From a virus (lineage: Duplodnaviria; Heunggongvirae; Uroviricota; Caudoviricetes), in IMG/VR virus record IMGVR_UViG_3300029468_000001: DNA of 64,000 nucleotides; one strand, given 5' to 3'. Below are positions 30,740 through 41,339 of the stretch, in pieces (positions within the stretch are counted from its first letter, which is position 1; every line of letters starts with the position of its first letter). The notes beneath the pieces were generated by a model. That model saw only the letters and a program-made list of their open reading frames with translations, was not told the origin of the DNA and made no database searches. A program made the translations under genes and the position numbers.

Positions 30740-31180
30740 ATGAGAAAAATGGATTACAAATATTTCTCAAAAGCCAAGCAGATTGCACAGGTGTCTGATT
30801 TCCCAAAGGTACATATTGGATGTATCGCTGTTTATCAAAATCGCATTATTGGAATTGGTTGTAATACAAACAAAACCCATCCCACACAGAAGTATTACAA
30901 CCGATACAGAATAGATGATAACGATTTCGATAATTCTGAATCACTTCTACCAAAACTCCATGCAGAAATTAATTGTATAAATCAACTAAAACATTTGAAC
31001 ATTAATTTTTCAAAAGTGAGGTTATACATATATCGCACTAGGAAAGATATTGTGTGTGGAATGGCTAGACCTTGTGCAAGCTGTATGCAAGCAATAAAGG
31101 ATCTTGGAATTAGAGAAATATATTATACCACCAATGATGGTTATTCATATGAAAAATTAGAGAAAGGATGTGTTGCTTAA
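30740..31180 (+). CDS. zinc-dependent cytidine/dCMP-deaminase-family protein
   Basis: HAE...PCASC motif. Confidence 0.85.
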   Translation: MRKMDYKYFSKAKQIAQVSDFPKVHIGCIAVYQNRIIGIGCNTNKTHPTQKYYNRYRIDDNDFDNSESLLPKLHAEINCINQLKHLNINFSKVRLYIYRTRKDIVCGMARPCASCMQAIKDLGIREIYYTTNDGYSYEKLEKGCVA

Positions 31181-31405
31181 TGGTGTGCGCAGGTTGCCAC
31201 ATGGGTTATTGTCCGTCAACGTGTCCTGATTATATTCCTGAGAATATAACTCACTACTGCTCTATTTGCGGTAATGGAATTTATAATGGTGAAGAATATA
31301 TAAGGAACGATAATGGTGATTATGCTCATTGGGAATGTTTTGACGGGAAGAATGACTTAGCTGAATGGTTAAATTATGAGATTGGAATTATGGAGGAAGA
31401 TTAAA

Positions 31406-32272
31406 ATGCTAACTGGGAAAATAGGAAACGAAATCATAAATTGTTATGATGGAACACACTCAAAAGAACATTTAAAAAAATGGACTAAGAAGAAAATTAT
31501 TTTATGTCCTGTATGTAATAGACCATATGAATATTGTCATGGTAAAGTTAAAACGCCATATTTTAGACATATGGATAAAGAAAAATGTGAAGATAAATAT
31601 TCTGAATCAGAAACAGAAGAACATATTCAAGGTAAACGAGATTTATATGAATGGTTCAAGAAACAAAACGGTGTTACAAATGCAATATTAGAAGGATGGA
31701 TACCAGAAACAAAACAACGTCCTGATATTATGTTTGAGTATAATAATAAACGATATGTAATTGAATATCAGTGCTCTCCTATTGCTTCTGAATATTTTGA
31801 AAGACATGAATTATATCAAGCAGTTGGGATATGTGATATTTGGATTTGTGGAACTGAAAAGTATCTTGGGTCAAATAAAAGAATAAATACATTAGAAAAA
31901 ATGTCACATATTTATTATGATTTTAAAAATAAATTTTTATATGTTATTGATGATATTTCTGAGACGACATTTAAGGAAATAGGAAAACTTAATTCATGGA
32001 GAGGATATTTAAAAACTAAATATAAACAACAAAAATATTTTAAAAGGACGTTTCATGTAATGATGAATATATTTGATTATACTGTTGGATATAAAAATTA
32101 TATTAAAATCAAAAACATTTCAAATAGTTATTATTGTTGCGGATCTCATTATCCATCTCCAACAGGTAGACCTTCGAATAAATATCCGTATCCAGTAAGA
32201 GATTATGCATATTTAAGGAATTACTCTTATGCAACTTGTTATAAATTATCCGATATTAAATTAAAAATGTAA
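31406..32272 (+). CDS. CoiA-like nuclease
   Basis: CPVC...YFRH...ESETEEH...QRPDI...IEYQCS. Confidence 0.8.
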   Translation: MLTGKIGNEIINCYDGTHSKEHLKKWTKKKIILCPVCNRPYEYCHGKVKTPYFRHMDKEKCEDKYSESETEEHIQGKRDLYEWFKKQNGVTNAILEGWIPETKQRPDIMFEYNNKRYVIEYQCSPIASEYFERHELYQAVGICDIWICGTEKYLGSNKRINTLEKMSHIYYDFKNKFLYVIDDISETTFKEIGKLNSWRGYLKTKYKQQKYFKRTFHVMMNIFDYTVGYKNYIKIKNISNSYYCCGSHYPSPTGRPSNKYPYPVRDYAYLRNYSYATCYKLSDIKLKM

Positions 32273-32288
32273 TTGGAGGTATCATAAT

Positions 32289-35057
32289 TTGAGTAAACAT
32301 TTGACATCACAAAGATATGTATTTAAAATTCATTCTTCAAGACTTAGAAGAAAAAAATGGAATTTAAAATTGACACCAAATCAAGCAAGAGAAAATCAAG
32401 AGCTTATTGCTTTAAGCGAAAGTCAAATAATGAGATTTATTGATGAGATAAATAATATCACAGATACAGAACTTAAAATTTCAAATATTAAATCTGAAAT
32501 CAAGAAATTAAAATTTGAGAAAAATTTATCTATATCAAGACCCAAAATCAAGAAGTTATATAATGATTTGGATAAATATCAATTCAAAAAGGATTATGTG
32601 TGTGTTGTAATTGATAAGGTTAAAGATTTTGAATACATTTATAAACATGGCTTTAAAATCAACAATATTACATATAGATGGTTACTTGGAACTACTGGTG
32701 GAGTAAAAAACAATACTGTAGTATTTGTAAATGAAAAATTACTACCTGAATTAAAAAAACGTATAGATAATGGTCGAAATTTACAAAAAGAATTTGCTCC
32801 TGCAAAACTTGAAGCTTATATTGCTCTGGTGTGCAGCTCTTCTATTCCTGTATCAATGCCAAATGGAATCGTTGTTGTTCATGATTGTATTACAAAATTC
32901 AAATCAGATGTAATTGAATTAGATGACACTGGGCTTGACCAACCAAGTATGAAATTTATTAAAGATAAAGATGTAGAGCTAAACGATAGTGACGGATATG
33001 GACTTGCTATGCCATCTCTTATGGAACGTTGGGGATATGAAATCGGAGAAGATTTTTTATTACCTGGTTGTGTTATTAGAAATTCATTTTGTAAAGGTGC
33101 TGTATTTCCTATTGATTTTCAGAAGTTTGCACAAGATCATGGTTTTACAGAAATAACAGATGTGTGGGGGAATACATATGACATTAATGAAATAGAACTC
33201 ATTTTAACAGAGTCGATGCTAAAATTGTGGGACTCCTATTCTTCTCTTGAATCATATCTTGAAAATTGTGAAAAGAATCATTATACATTTGCAATTACAA
33301 AAGCTTCGGAAGAAGAATTAGAAAATGTAAGAACAATGAATTACCAGTTTTTACAAAGTTATGATTTTACAGATGAACAAATTGATGAATTAATCGCACC
33401 AACTGTAAATGAAATTAAAGAAATTTTAGATGATGATTATAGAAAAACAATATTATACACAAAAGGTATAGGACTTAATGAGAAAAATATTCAACATTTA
33501 GATAGTTCATTTGCAACAGCATTGATGATTGAACCTGAAATGGCTAATGATCCATTTATCAAATCCCAGATTCACTCCATGATTAGAAAGCGTATTGATG
33601 AAGCTAAAGTTGGGGTTTTAAAAGTTCCTGCAAATTATTCCTTAGTATCAGGAGATCCGTATTCTTTATGTCAGTCCATGTTTGGAATGAAAGTTACTGG
33701 ACTATTAAAAGCTGGACAAGTCTATTCTAAATATTGGATTGATAAAGGTGTTGATAAAATTGTAAGTTTTCGTGCGCCAATGACCTCGCATAATAATATC
33801 AGGCTTCTTGAAGTTGTACATAATGAAACAATGGATGAATTTTATCAATATATGACAACTCCTACTATTTTTAATAGTTGGGATACATGTGCGGATGCGA
33901 TGAATGGTTTTGATAAAGACGGAGATTGTGTAATTAATACTTCATTTGATCTATTAGTAAAAAATACTAAACGATTACCTGCTATTGTATGTGTGCAAAG
34001 AAAAGCTCCAAAATGTATTCCTACAGATGATGATATTATGAGATCAAATATTAATAGTTTTGGAAATGCCGTAGGTGGAGTAACAAATAAAATTACATCA
34101 ATGTTTGAAGTTAAATCGAATTTCACACAAGGAACAAGAGAATATAATTTGCTCGATTATAGAATCAAATGTGGACAGTTATACCAGCAAAATGCGATTG
34201 ATAAAACTAAAGGGATTGAGGCGAAACCAATGCCTGATAATTGGTATAACTGGATTTCAAATAAACTTACAAAAGCAAAAGACTCTCACCAGAAAAAAGA
34301 ATTTTGGATCAATCGAAAAATTATCGCAGATAAAAAGCCTTATTTTATGCAATATATTTATCCATCAGAACGCATAGAATTAAATAATTATCGTAAGAAA
34401 AATAATGAAAAGTGTCTTATGAGATTTAGAATTTCTCTTGATGAATTAATGTACAAAGAGAATAAAACAAGAGAAGAAAATAAATTTATTAAGTGTTACT
34501 ATGATAGAATGCCACTCGGTATGGGTAAATGTACAATTAATAAAATTTGTTGGAGAATTGAAGAAAAGTTTGATAACCTTGTTTACTCTTCTAATGAAAA
34601 TTTTGATTATTCTATTATGAAGAGTAATGTAACATATTCAGATGCGGTGTATAAGAAAATTAAAAAAATATATGAAACTTATAGAAAAGAAATATCTAGT
34701 TACATGCAATATGCTAAATCCGAAAGGCTTAAATCAGATGAACGTCAAATTCAAAAATATATACTAAAAGAACAATTTAAAGAAAAATGCCTATTAGAGT
34801 GTCCTAATGAAGATGAGTTATGTAATATTGTTTTAGATTTATGTTATTCAAAATCTAAATATAGTAAACAATTTGCATGGGATATTTGTGGTGAAGTATT
34901 TATACAGAATTTGTTAAGACGTAAGAATTATAAAATCTCATATCCAACACTTGATGATAATGGAAATATTGAGTATTTAGGTATGAAATTTTCTATGAAA
35001 GAAACTGAAATTAAAGTAAATGTAGATTTGGAGGACAATGAATGTCAGTTGTACTAA
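32289..35057 (+). CDS. YonO-like single-subunit phage RNA polymerase
   Basis: SDGYG, FRAP and GFDKDGD (DxDGD) motifs of the double-psi barrel RdRP/YonO family. Confidence 0.85.
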   Translation: MSKHLTSQRYVFKIHSSRLRRKKWNLKLTPNQARENQELIALSESQIMRFIDEINNITDTELKISNIKSEIKKLKFEKNLSISRPKIKKLYNDLDKYQFKKDYVCVVIDKVKDFEYIYKHGFKINNITYRWLLGTTGGVKNNTVVFVNEKLLPELKKRIDNGRNLQKEFAPAKLEAYIALVCSSSIPVSMPNGIVVVHDCITKFKSDVIELDDTGLDQPSMKFIKDKDVELNDSDGYGLAMPSLMERWGYEIGEDFLLPGCVIRNSFCKGAVFPIDFQKFAQDHGFTEITDVWGNTYDINEIELILTESMLKLWDSYSSLESYLENCEKNHYTFAITKASEEELENVRTMNYQFLQSYDFTDEQIDELIAPTVNEIKEILDDDYRKTILYTKGIGLNEKNIQHLDSSFATALMIEPEMANDPFIKSQIHSMIRKRIDEAKVGVLKVPANYSLVSGDPYSLCQSMFGMKVTGLLKAGQVYSKYWIDKGVDKIVSFRAPMTSHNNIRLLEVVHNETMDEFYQYMTTPTIFNSWDTCADAMNGFDKDGDCVINTSFDLLVKNTKRLPAIVCVQRKAPKCIPTDDDIMRSNINSFGNAVGGVTNKITSMFEVKSNFTQGTREYNLLDYRIKCGQLYQQNAIDKTKGIEAKPMPDNWYNWISNKLTKAKDSHQKKEFWINRKIIADKKPYFMQYIYPSERIELNNYRKKNNEKCLMRFRISLDELMYKENKTREENKFIKCYYDRMPLGMGKCTINKICWRIEEKFDNLVYSSNENFDYSIMKSNVTYSDAVYKKIKKIYETYRKEISSYMQYAKSERLKSDERQIQKYILKEQFKEKCLLECPNEDELCNIVLDLCYSKSKYSKQFAWDICGEVFIQNLLRRKNYKISYPTLDDNGNIEYLGMKFSMKETEIKVNVDLEDNECQLY

Positions 35058-35794
35058 ACGAAACAAAACAAGCAGAAACGATATTAGAAAAAGGAGAAGT
35101 TGGTAATAAACCAACTTCTACTCTATTTTTACTATCTAAATATTATCGTCAAAAATTAAAACTATCAGAGAATAAAACTTCTGAAAAACTTAATGAGTTT
35201 ATGAATAATAATTATAAAAATTATAATCCTGTATTATGGGAAGATATAATTGAAGATATTTCTCGAAAAGGCAAGAAATATGAATTAAGAAATATTGAAC
35301 ATATCGGAATTACTCAATCTGAGTTAGATACTATTGAATCTGCAAAAACGAAGAATCATAAAAAATTATTATTCACAATGTTATGTTTTGCAAAATTATA
35401 TAATATTACATCTACAAATAATAACAATTGGATTAATTCAGATATAAAAGAAATATTTAAAACTGCAAGAGTGATTGTTAAACATAGAGAGGATAAATTC
35501 TTATTACTAAATGACTTGGAATCAAATGGTTATATTTCTTTTTCTAGTAAGAATGATAATCTTAATATGAAAATTAATTTTATTGATACTATTAATAATT
35601 CAATATTATATATTACTGATTTTAGAGAATTAGGATATGAGTATCTTAATTATATAAAAGATGGAAAATTTACAAGATGTAAAATTTGTAATAGATTAAT
35701 AAGAAAAACAAGTAAAAATATTCAGTATTGTACAGAATGTAAAGAAGATAAACGGCTTGAAACAAAAAGAAAATGGTGGAGTAATAAAGAATAA
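35042..35794 (+). CDS. hypothetical protein with C-terminal zinc ribbon
   Basis: CKIC...YCTEC; overlaps the RNAP stop. Confidence 0.7.
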   Translation: MSVVLNETKQAETILEKGEVGNKPTSTLFLLSKYYRQKLKLSENKTSEKLNEFMNNNYKNYNPVLWEDIIEDISRKGKKYELRNIEHIGITQSELDTIESAKTKNHKKLLFTMLCFAKLYNITSTNNNNWINSDIKEIFKTARVIVKHREDKFLLLNDLESNGYISFSSKNDNLNMKINFIDTINNSILYITDFRELGYEYLNYIKDGKFTRCKICNRLIRKTSKNIQYCTECKEDKRLETKRKWWSNKE

Positions 35795-35963
35795 TTTATA
35801 CACTAGACTTTTTTAAATGTCCGCAAACCCAGTATTTACAAGGGTTTCCGACACTATTGCCAATTTTCTTATTATGTAATAGATATATACGTGGATACAT
35901 TTAAAATACAATGAAAGACGAAATGTTTTAATAAAATAATCAATCAAAAAGGAGAATCAGTAC

Positions 35964-36575
35964 ATGATTTTAAAAGAAGCATACCGTTATCAGAACTTTC
36001 TTACAAACCTTATCAGCAATGCACAGACATATCTTGGAAATGTATCATTTGTCATGACAACAACCCAAAAACATATGAAAAGCAAAGCTAATCCAGAAGC
36101 AACGGATGATACTTTGGAAGTTCCAAAATCTTATAATGTAGATTTTACGCCAACTCAACTGGTGGATTTTCTTATGGATGCAATTCAAGAAAAGCAAAAG
36201 TTGTCTGATGCTATCGCAGAAGCTAAGAAAAATACTGAGATTGATTTAGATTCTTCTTATGCTATGAATAAAACAAAACAGAGCCTTGCTAAAGTTTTCA
36301 AGACAATGGCTGGTAGAAAAGCTACTGAGACTGAAAAGCAAGGTCGAGATTATAGATTCAACGTTAATCAAGAGCAGGTTGCTTATACATACACTATCAA
36401 AGAAGTTACTCAACTGGATTATGATAGAAATGTAGTTAAAGCACTTGCAAAGAAGTTAGCAAAAGAAACAGATGAAGTTTCAACTAAACTTGATCAGCTT
36501 GAGCTTACTACTAAAATTGATTTTAAACCTAAATATGATATGAATGATACGCTAGATGATATTGTGGTGAAGTAA
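35964..36575 (+). CDS. coiled-coil protein, possibly a remote DIP1984-like member
   Basis: MILKEAYRYQ start and KLAKETDEVSTKLDQLELTT end; AAGGAG RBS. Confidence 0.6.
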   Translation: MILKEAYRYQNFLTNLISNAQTYLGNVSFVMTTTQKHMKSKANPEATDDTLEVPKSYNVDFTPTQLVDFLMDAIQEKQKLSDAIAEAKKNTEIDLDSSYAMNKTKQSLAKVFKTMAGRKATETEKQGRDYRFNVNQEQVAYTYTIKEVTQLDYDRNVVKALAKKLAKETDEVSTKLDQLELTTKIDFKPKYDMNDTLDDIVVK

Positions 36576-36590
36576 AATTCACCACTACTC

Positions 36591-37095
36591 TTCTATTCGG
36601 ATATTCACAAGAGACTAAGATTGATTTATGATGGTCAATCGGTTCAGATGCAGATGAACTGTGATGCTGCGAGGTAGGATGACAATACCAGAATTATCAT
36701 ATTAAAATCTAAAATATTGTGATGGATTTTTTATTTCACATCAAATTATTGGATATTAATATAAAAGGTAAGTATGTTTGATACTTAAAATTCTCAAGAT
36801 GAGCACATCAATCGTCATTGCGTTACGAGAATGCGAAAATACAAGATTTCATTATTTCGATATTTCAACAATTTGTTAATTCGATAAAACAATATACGTT
36901 TCGTTAATATTAATTCTTAAAAGAATATATCGGGCGAAAAGCCTAAACATTTAAAGGGACGAATTATTCAAATTCGATCGAAACATTTGTGTTTCAGATG
37001 AAATTAAAAGATTTTGTGCAATTTTTGTACAGATTTTTAGCAAATTGGTTGAGATTATGAAGAAATCTTAGTCTGTTGTGAATATCTGAATAGAA
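36591..37095 (+). ncRNA. candidate large structured ncRNA
   Basis: 32-bp terminal helix 36591-36622/37064-37095; internal 8-nt periodic repeats; no credible ORF. Confidence 0.6.
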
Positions 37096-37184
37096 AATAT
37101 GTTGGTATAGTAATCGGCGGTTGCACTGTTGTTTCGCCTTTCTTTTAACGGTGCAATCGTTGATTTTCTGTTTATAAAAAATAA

Positions 37185-37258
37185 CGCAGAGTGGAGCAGT
37201 CTGGAAGCTCGTCTGGCTCATACCCAGAAGGTCATAGGTTCAAATCCTATCTCTGCTA
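37185..37258 (+). tRNA. tRNA-Met (CAT), initiator-like unpaired first base
   Basis: Cloverleaf; CTCATAC loop; GGTTCAAATCC T arm. Confidence 0.9.
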
Positions 37259-37883
37259 TTAGCCAGGAATAATCAAACTCTCTTAAATATACTGGCGATA
37301 GGGGACGTTATGAGATGTCCCCTTAAATGAGTTAGAAAGTTGGTAAATTATGTATGTAGAAAAAGATGAAATACCTTATATACATGATAATGAAAATAAA
37401 ATCAAAGATAAAATTTTGACAATTCTCTCACATGAAGAATTCACTTTAGCCACAACAAAACATCTTTTTGATAGAATTATTGAAGAAATTAAAGTAAACA
37501 ATAAGATTGATTTTTAATATCATTTGTTTAAATCAAGTAATTTTGCAAAAACCTCAGAATATGTTCTTGAATATTCTGCAATAAATTTATTTGTTTCTGA
37601 TGGTTGGGTAACGCTTGTTGCTTTTCTTCTAGCAATATAATCGGCTAAGTCTTTAATTTGGTTGTGATCTAATCGTGTATCGTACATATTCTATACCTCC
37701 GATATATTTTTTCTTATAATTATATATCTTCTTGTAAGATAATTCAATATTTGATTATAAAACACCCAACAATGAGTGTCGATTACTATGCTATTCGACT
37801 CATAAAATGCGTGTTAATAGTATGTTTTGATATGCCATAATAAAATATCATCGTTACTACTCAATGACGATTGGAATAAAATT

Positions 37884-37971
37884 GTGTGGATGGCAGAGTC
37901 AGGTTTAATGTGCCAGTCTTGAAAACTGGAAATCCTTATTGGATTCGTGGGTTCAAATCCTACTCCACACG
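37884..37971 (+). tRNA. tRNA-Ser (TGA)
   Basis: GTGTGGA/TCCACAC acceptor stem, CTTGAAA loop, long variable arm. Confidence 0.9.
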
Positions 37972-38236
37972 TTACTCTCCTACTTGGAGAAATAAATGCA
38001 AAGGACGTGAATTGTTATAAAAGCAATTAGTAAAAAAGAAATGGAATACCTTATGAAGAAGGGGTTTAAGTTCCATGAAGACATTTTTAAGACATATAGT
38101 GGTAAGAATAAATACTACTATAGAGAATGTAATGCTATTAATAAGGCATTAGATAATTACCATAATGGGTTAAATGTTGTGGAATATAAATGACAGAAAA
38201 GCAAGACAAAATATATAGGAAAGGTGGTATCTCTTA

Positions 38237-39478
38237 TTGGAATATAAATTATTTCTGGATACCAATGCGCTATTAAATTTACAAAGCGCAGCATTTAAAG
38301 AGAAATTTGTCATTTCTCAAAAGACTCTTGAAGAAATAGAGTCGATTAAAACATCAGGTCATAAGGATGGGGATGTAAAATACAAAGCAAGATCCATTGC
38401 AAGATTACTTGATAAAAGCGAAAATTATGAAGTAATTGCATATACTCAAGAAGTCAGAAAAGTTATTAATGAGTTCACATTAGATGAAACACCGGATAAT
38501 ATTATTTTAGCTTCTGCTTACTGGTATAATCAATCCTCTTCCATTATCGTTTGTACAGATGATCTTAATTGTAAATTCATTTCAAAGAATATTTTCAGAC
38601 TTCCCACAAAAGGGACTCAAGAACTTAATCTTGTTAAAAATCTTGACGAATATACAGGATACAAGGACGTAACTCTTTCCGATGAAGAAATGAGTTATTT
38701 TTATTTACATACTAATGAGAATATGTATGATTCTCTTCTAAATGAATATTTGATTATTCGCAAGAGTGATGGCGAAATTGTTGATATTTTATGTTGGACA
38801 GGTAATGAATATCGAAAGGTTTGTCAAAAAACAATTAAATCACAGATGTTTGGAGATAAAATCAGACCAAAGGATGTATACCAAGCATGTGCAATTGATT
38901 CCATCTTAAACAATACAATGACTACTCTTTCTGGAAAAGCAGGAAGTGGTAAATCTCTAATATCTCTTATTACAATGATGAGTCTAGTTGAATCTGGAAA
39001 ATATGACAGAATTGTAATTATGTTTAATCCTACCAAAGCTAGAGGTGCGTCTGACATGGGCTTTTATAGTGGTGATGCTACTGAGAAGGCAATGCAGAAT
39101 TCAATCGGGTCTATTTTAACTACGAAATTCGGAGATAAATTTGCAGTTGATTTATTACTTCAGCAAGATAAAATTCGTCTAGTTTCTATGGCAGATGTTA
39201 GAGGTATGGAAGTTAGAGACAATGAAATTCTTTATATTACCGAATGTCAGAATACAAGTAAAGAATTATTAAAACTATGTTTATCTCGTGCAAGTAGTGA
39301 ATGTAAAATTGTAATTGAGGGCGATTATCATAGTCAAGTTGATTCATATTTATTTGATGGAGATTCAAATGGCATGAAACGAGTGATTGATGTTTTAAAA
39401 GATGAACATGAATTTGGATATGTAAATTTACCAAATGTATGGAGAAGTAGAATTGCTACTTTAGTCGATAAATTATAA
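38237..39478 (+). CDS. phoH: PIN-domain PhoH-family ATPase
   Basis: LDTNAL PIN start; GKAGSGKS Walker A; RGME, ECQN, IEGD. Confidence 0.9.
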   Translation: MEYKLFLDTNALLNLQSAAFKEKFVISQKTLEEIESIKTSGHKDGDVKYKARSIARLLDKSENYEVIAYTQEVRKVINEFTLDETPDNIILASAYWYNQSSSIIVCTDDLNCKFISKNIFRLPTKGTQELNLVKNLDEYTGYKDVTLSDEEMSYFYLHTNENMYDSLLNEYLIIRKSDGEIVDILCWTGNEYRKVCQKTIKSQMFGDKIRPKDVYQACAIDSILNNTMTTLSGKAGSGKSLISLITMMSLVESGKYDRIVIMFNPTKARGASDMGFYSGDATEKAMQNSIGSILTTKFGDKFAVDLLLQQDKIRLVSMADVRGMEVRDNEILYITECQNTSKELLKLCLSRASSECKIVIEGDYHSQVDSYLFDGDSNGMKRVIDVLKDEHEFGYVNLPNVWRSRIATLVDKL

Positions 39479-39493
39479 AAAGGGTTAGATAAA

Positions 39494-39673
39494 GTGATAA
39501 AAAAATTTGATAAAGAATATAGTACACAATATGTACCAGAAATGAAATATTTACAATCAAAAGGTATTAATTTTTCTTTTGTAAAAGAAGTAAATAGTGT
39601 AACAACATATAAATACACAAAGACACCGGAGTTATTTAAGGCTTTGGTGTCTTTTTATATGGAGAATAAATAG
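39494..39673 (+). CDS. small hypothetical protein
   Basis: MIKKFDKEYSTQYVPEMKYLQSKGI... read manually; below the ORF-track cutoff. Confidence 0.55.
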   Translation: MIKKFDKEYSTQYVPEMKYLQSKGINFSFVKEVNSVTTYKYTKTPELFKALVSFYMENK

Positions 39674-39698
39674 ATAAAAATGAAAGGATTAATAATAG

Positions 39699-40808
39699 GT
39701 GATAAACATGCAAACAAAATATAGTTTTAATGAAAATTATTTTGAAACAATTAACTCCGAAGAAAAAGCATATTGGCTTGGGTTTTTATACGCAGATGGA
39801 TATGTTGTCAACAATGATGTCGATAAGCAATATAGAGTTTGTTTGACATTAAACGAGAATGATAAAGGTCATGTTGAATTATTTAAAGAATGCTTGGAAT
39901 CAAATAACTCAATAAGAACTGTGTGTACAAAACTAAATGATAAAGAATATTTTTCAAGTCAATTTTATATCTATTCTAAGAAAATGGTAAATGATTTATA
40001 CAACAATGGATGTGTTCAAAATAAATCATTAATATTAAAACCACCAGTTATAATAGATAATCTTGTTGGACATTTTATACGTGGTTACTTTGATGGTGAT
40101 GGATCAATTTATTATGATAAAAAACGTGATAGATATGTATTTAGCATTTTGGGAACAAATGAAGTATTGTTGTGGATTTGTAATAAAATTGGCATAGGAA
40201 AGCATATTCGAAATGCAAAAAAAGATTCTCTTTGTAAGGAAATGCGAGTAAATAAAAAAGCTGATTTAATTAAAATTTATGATTATGTATTCAAAGATTC
40301 TAGTATTTATTTAGAAAGAAAAATGTTAAAAGTTAACAACATGTATCAATGGTCTATTACAAACAAATATAATAAAAAGATAGAAACACTTTCGTCAGAT
40401 ATTATAAATTTATGGAATGATGGAAAGTCATCACATGATATATATAATATTGTAGATTGCGGAATAGATACTATTAGAAGAATATTAAAAAATGGAGCAG
40501 AAAAAGGTTTATGTAATTATGATCCAATTAATGAAAAACTATATAACAAGGTCGGAAAACCAAATTTGTCATGTTCAAAAGAGGTTTACGTATATGACAA
40601 AGATAAAAATTTTATTAGAAAATATCCGTCAATTTCAGAATTATGCAGAAAATCTGAAGCCGACTTTAATGAACGCTTTACTTGTTCTAGTGTTAGTCGT
40701 GTATGTTTAAATAAACGAAACCATTACAAAAATTATATTTTTTCATATGTTCAATTAGTAAAAACTGAACGTAGCGAAACAGCTGCTATGGCAGATTTAT
40801 TAGATTAA
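39699..40808 (+). CDS. LAGLIDADG homing endonuclease with NUMOD1-like domain
   Basis: YWLGFLYADG and FIRGYFDGDG motifs. Confidence 0.88.
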   Translation: MINMQTKYSFNENYFETINSEEKAYWLGFLYADGYVVNNDVDKQYRVCLTLNENDKGHVELFKECLESNNSIRTVCTKLNDKEYFSSQFYIYSKKMVNDLYNNGCVQNKSLILKPPVIIDNLVGHFIRGYFDGDGSIYYDKKRDRYVFSILGTNEVLLWICNKIGIGKHIRNAKKDSLCKEMRVNKKADLIKIYDYVFKDSSIYLERKMLKVNNMYQWSITNKYNKKIETLSSDIINLWNDGKSSHDIYNIVDCGIDTIRRILKNGAEKGLCNYDPINEKLYNKVGKPNLSCSKEVYVYDKDKNFIRKYPSISELCRKSEADFNERFTCSSVSRVCLNKRNHYKNYIFSYVQLVKTERSETAAMADLLD

Positions 40809-40831
40809 GCAAATTATATTGGTAAATAATT

Positions 40832-41092
40832 ATGAAAGATAATAATACAAAACACTTTATAATTGGAGTCTTATCGGGACTACTATTCATTCCAATCATA
40901 GAGGAATTTATGAATGTTATTATGACTTGGATTCAAGTTCTACTCTTATTACCAAATAAAATTATATTAAAAGGGAATAAAGAATTAACTGATTTGCAAT
41001 CGGAAGAACAAGAATATGAAACGAGTTGTATAGGTTTTCAAATTCCAAACGGAGAAGAATATTACGATGAAGATGAAGATGACGATGAATAA
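40832..41092 (+). CDS. small membrane protein
   Basis: Hydrophobic N-terminus, IGFQ motif, acidic tail. Confidence 0.6.
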   Translation: MKDNNTKHFIIGVLSGLLFIPIIEEFMNVIMTWIQVLLLLPNKIILKGNKELTDLQSEEQEYETSCIGFQIPNGEEYYDEDEDDDE

Positions 41093-41120
41093 ATATATAT
41101 AGATTTAAGGAGAATAAAAC

Positions 41121-41327
41121 ATGATCAAGATCAACGAAACACCAGAAAAATTAAATCCACGCAAAATTAATATCCAGCTTAAAAATATTTCTTTAAAAGA
41201 TCTTCATTTAATCGACACTGATACAGGTGAGAATATTACTCAGGAAGTTATTGATGCCCTTCCTAAAGGAACGGAAACTGTTGATTTTAAGATTACGGTT
41301 GATCTTCCAGAAGAAGATGAAAAATAA
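41121..41327 (+). CDS. hypothetical protein
   Basis: AAGGAG RBS. Confidence 0.65.
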   Translation: MIKINETPEKLNPRKINIQLKNISLKDLHLIDTDTGENITQEVIDALPKGTETVDFKITVDLPEEDEK

Positions 41328-41339
41328 TTTAGTTGGGCG

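Noticed and set aside
36994..37221. 75-aa minus-strand ORF
   Set aside because: Overlaps the tRNA-Met and the candidate ncRNA helix in antisense.
39479..40830. Group I intron or intein around the LAGLIDADG gene
   Set aside because: No intron core or intein splice motifs seen; phoH terminates normally.
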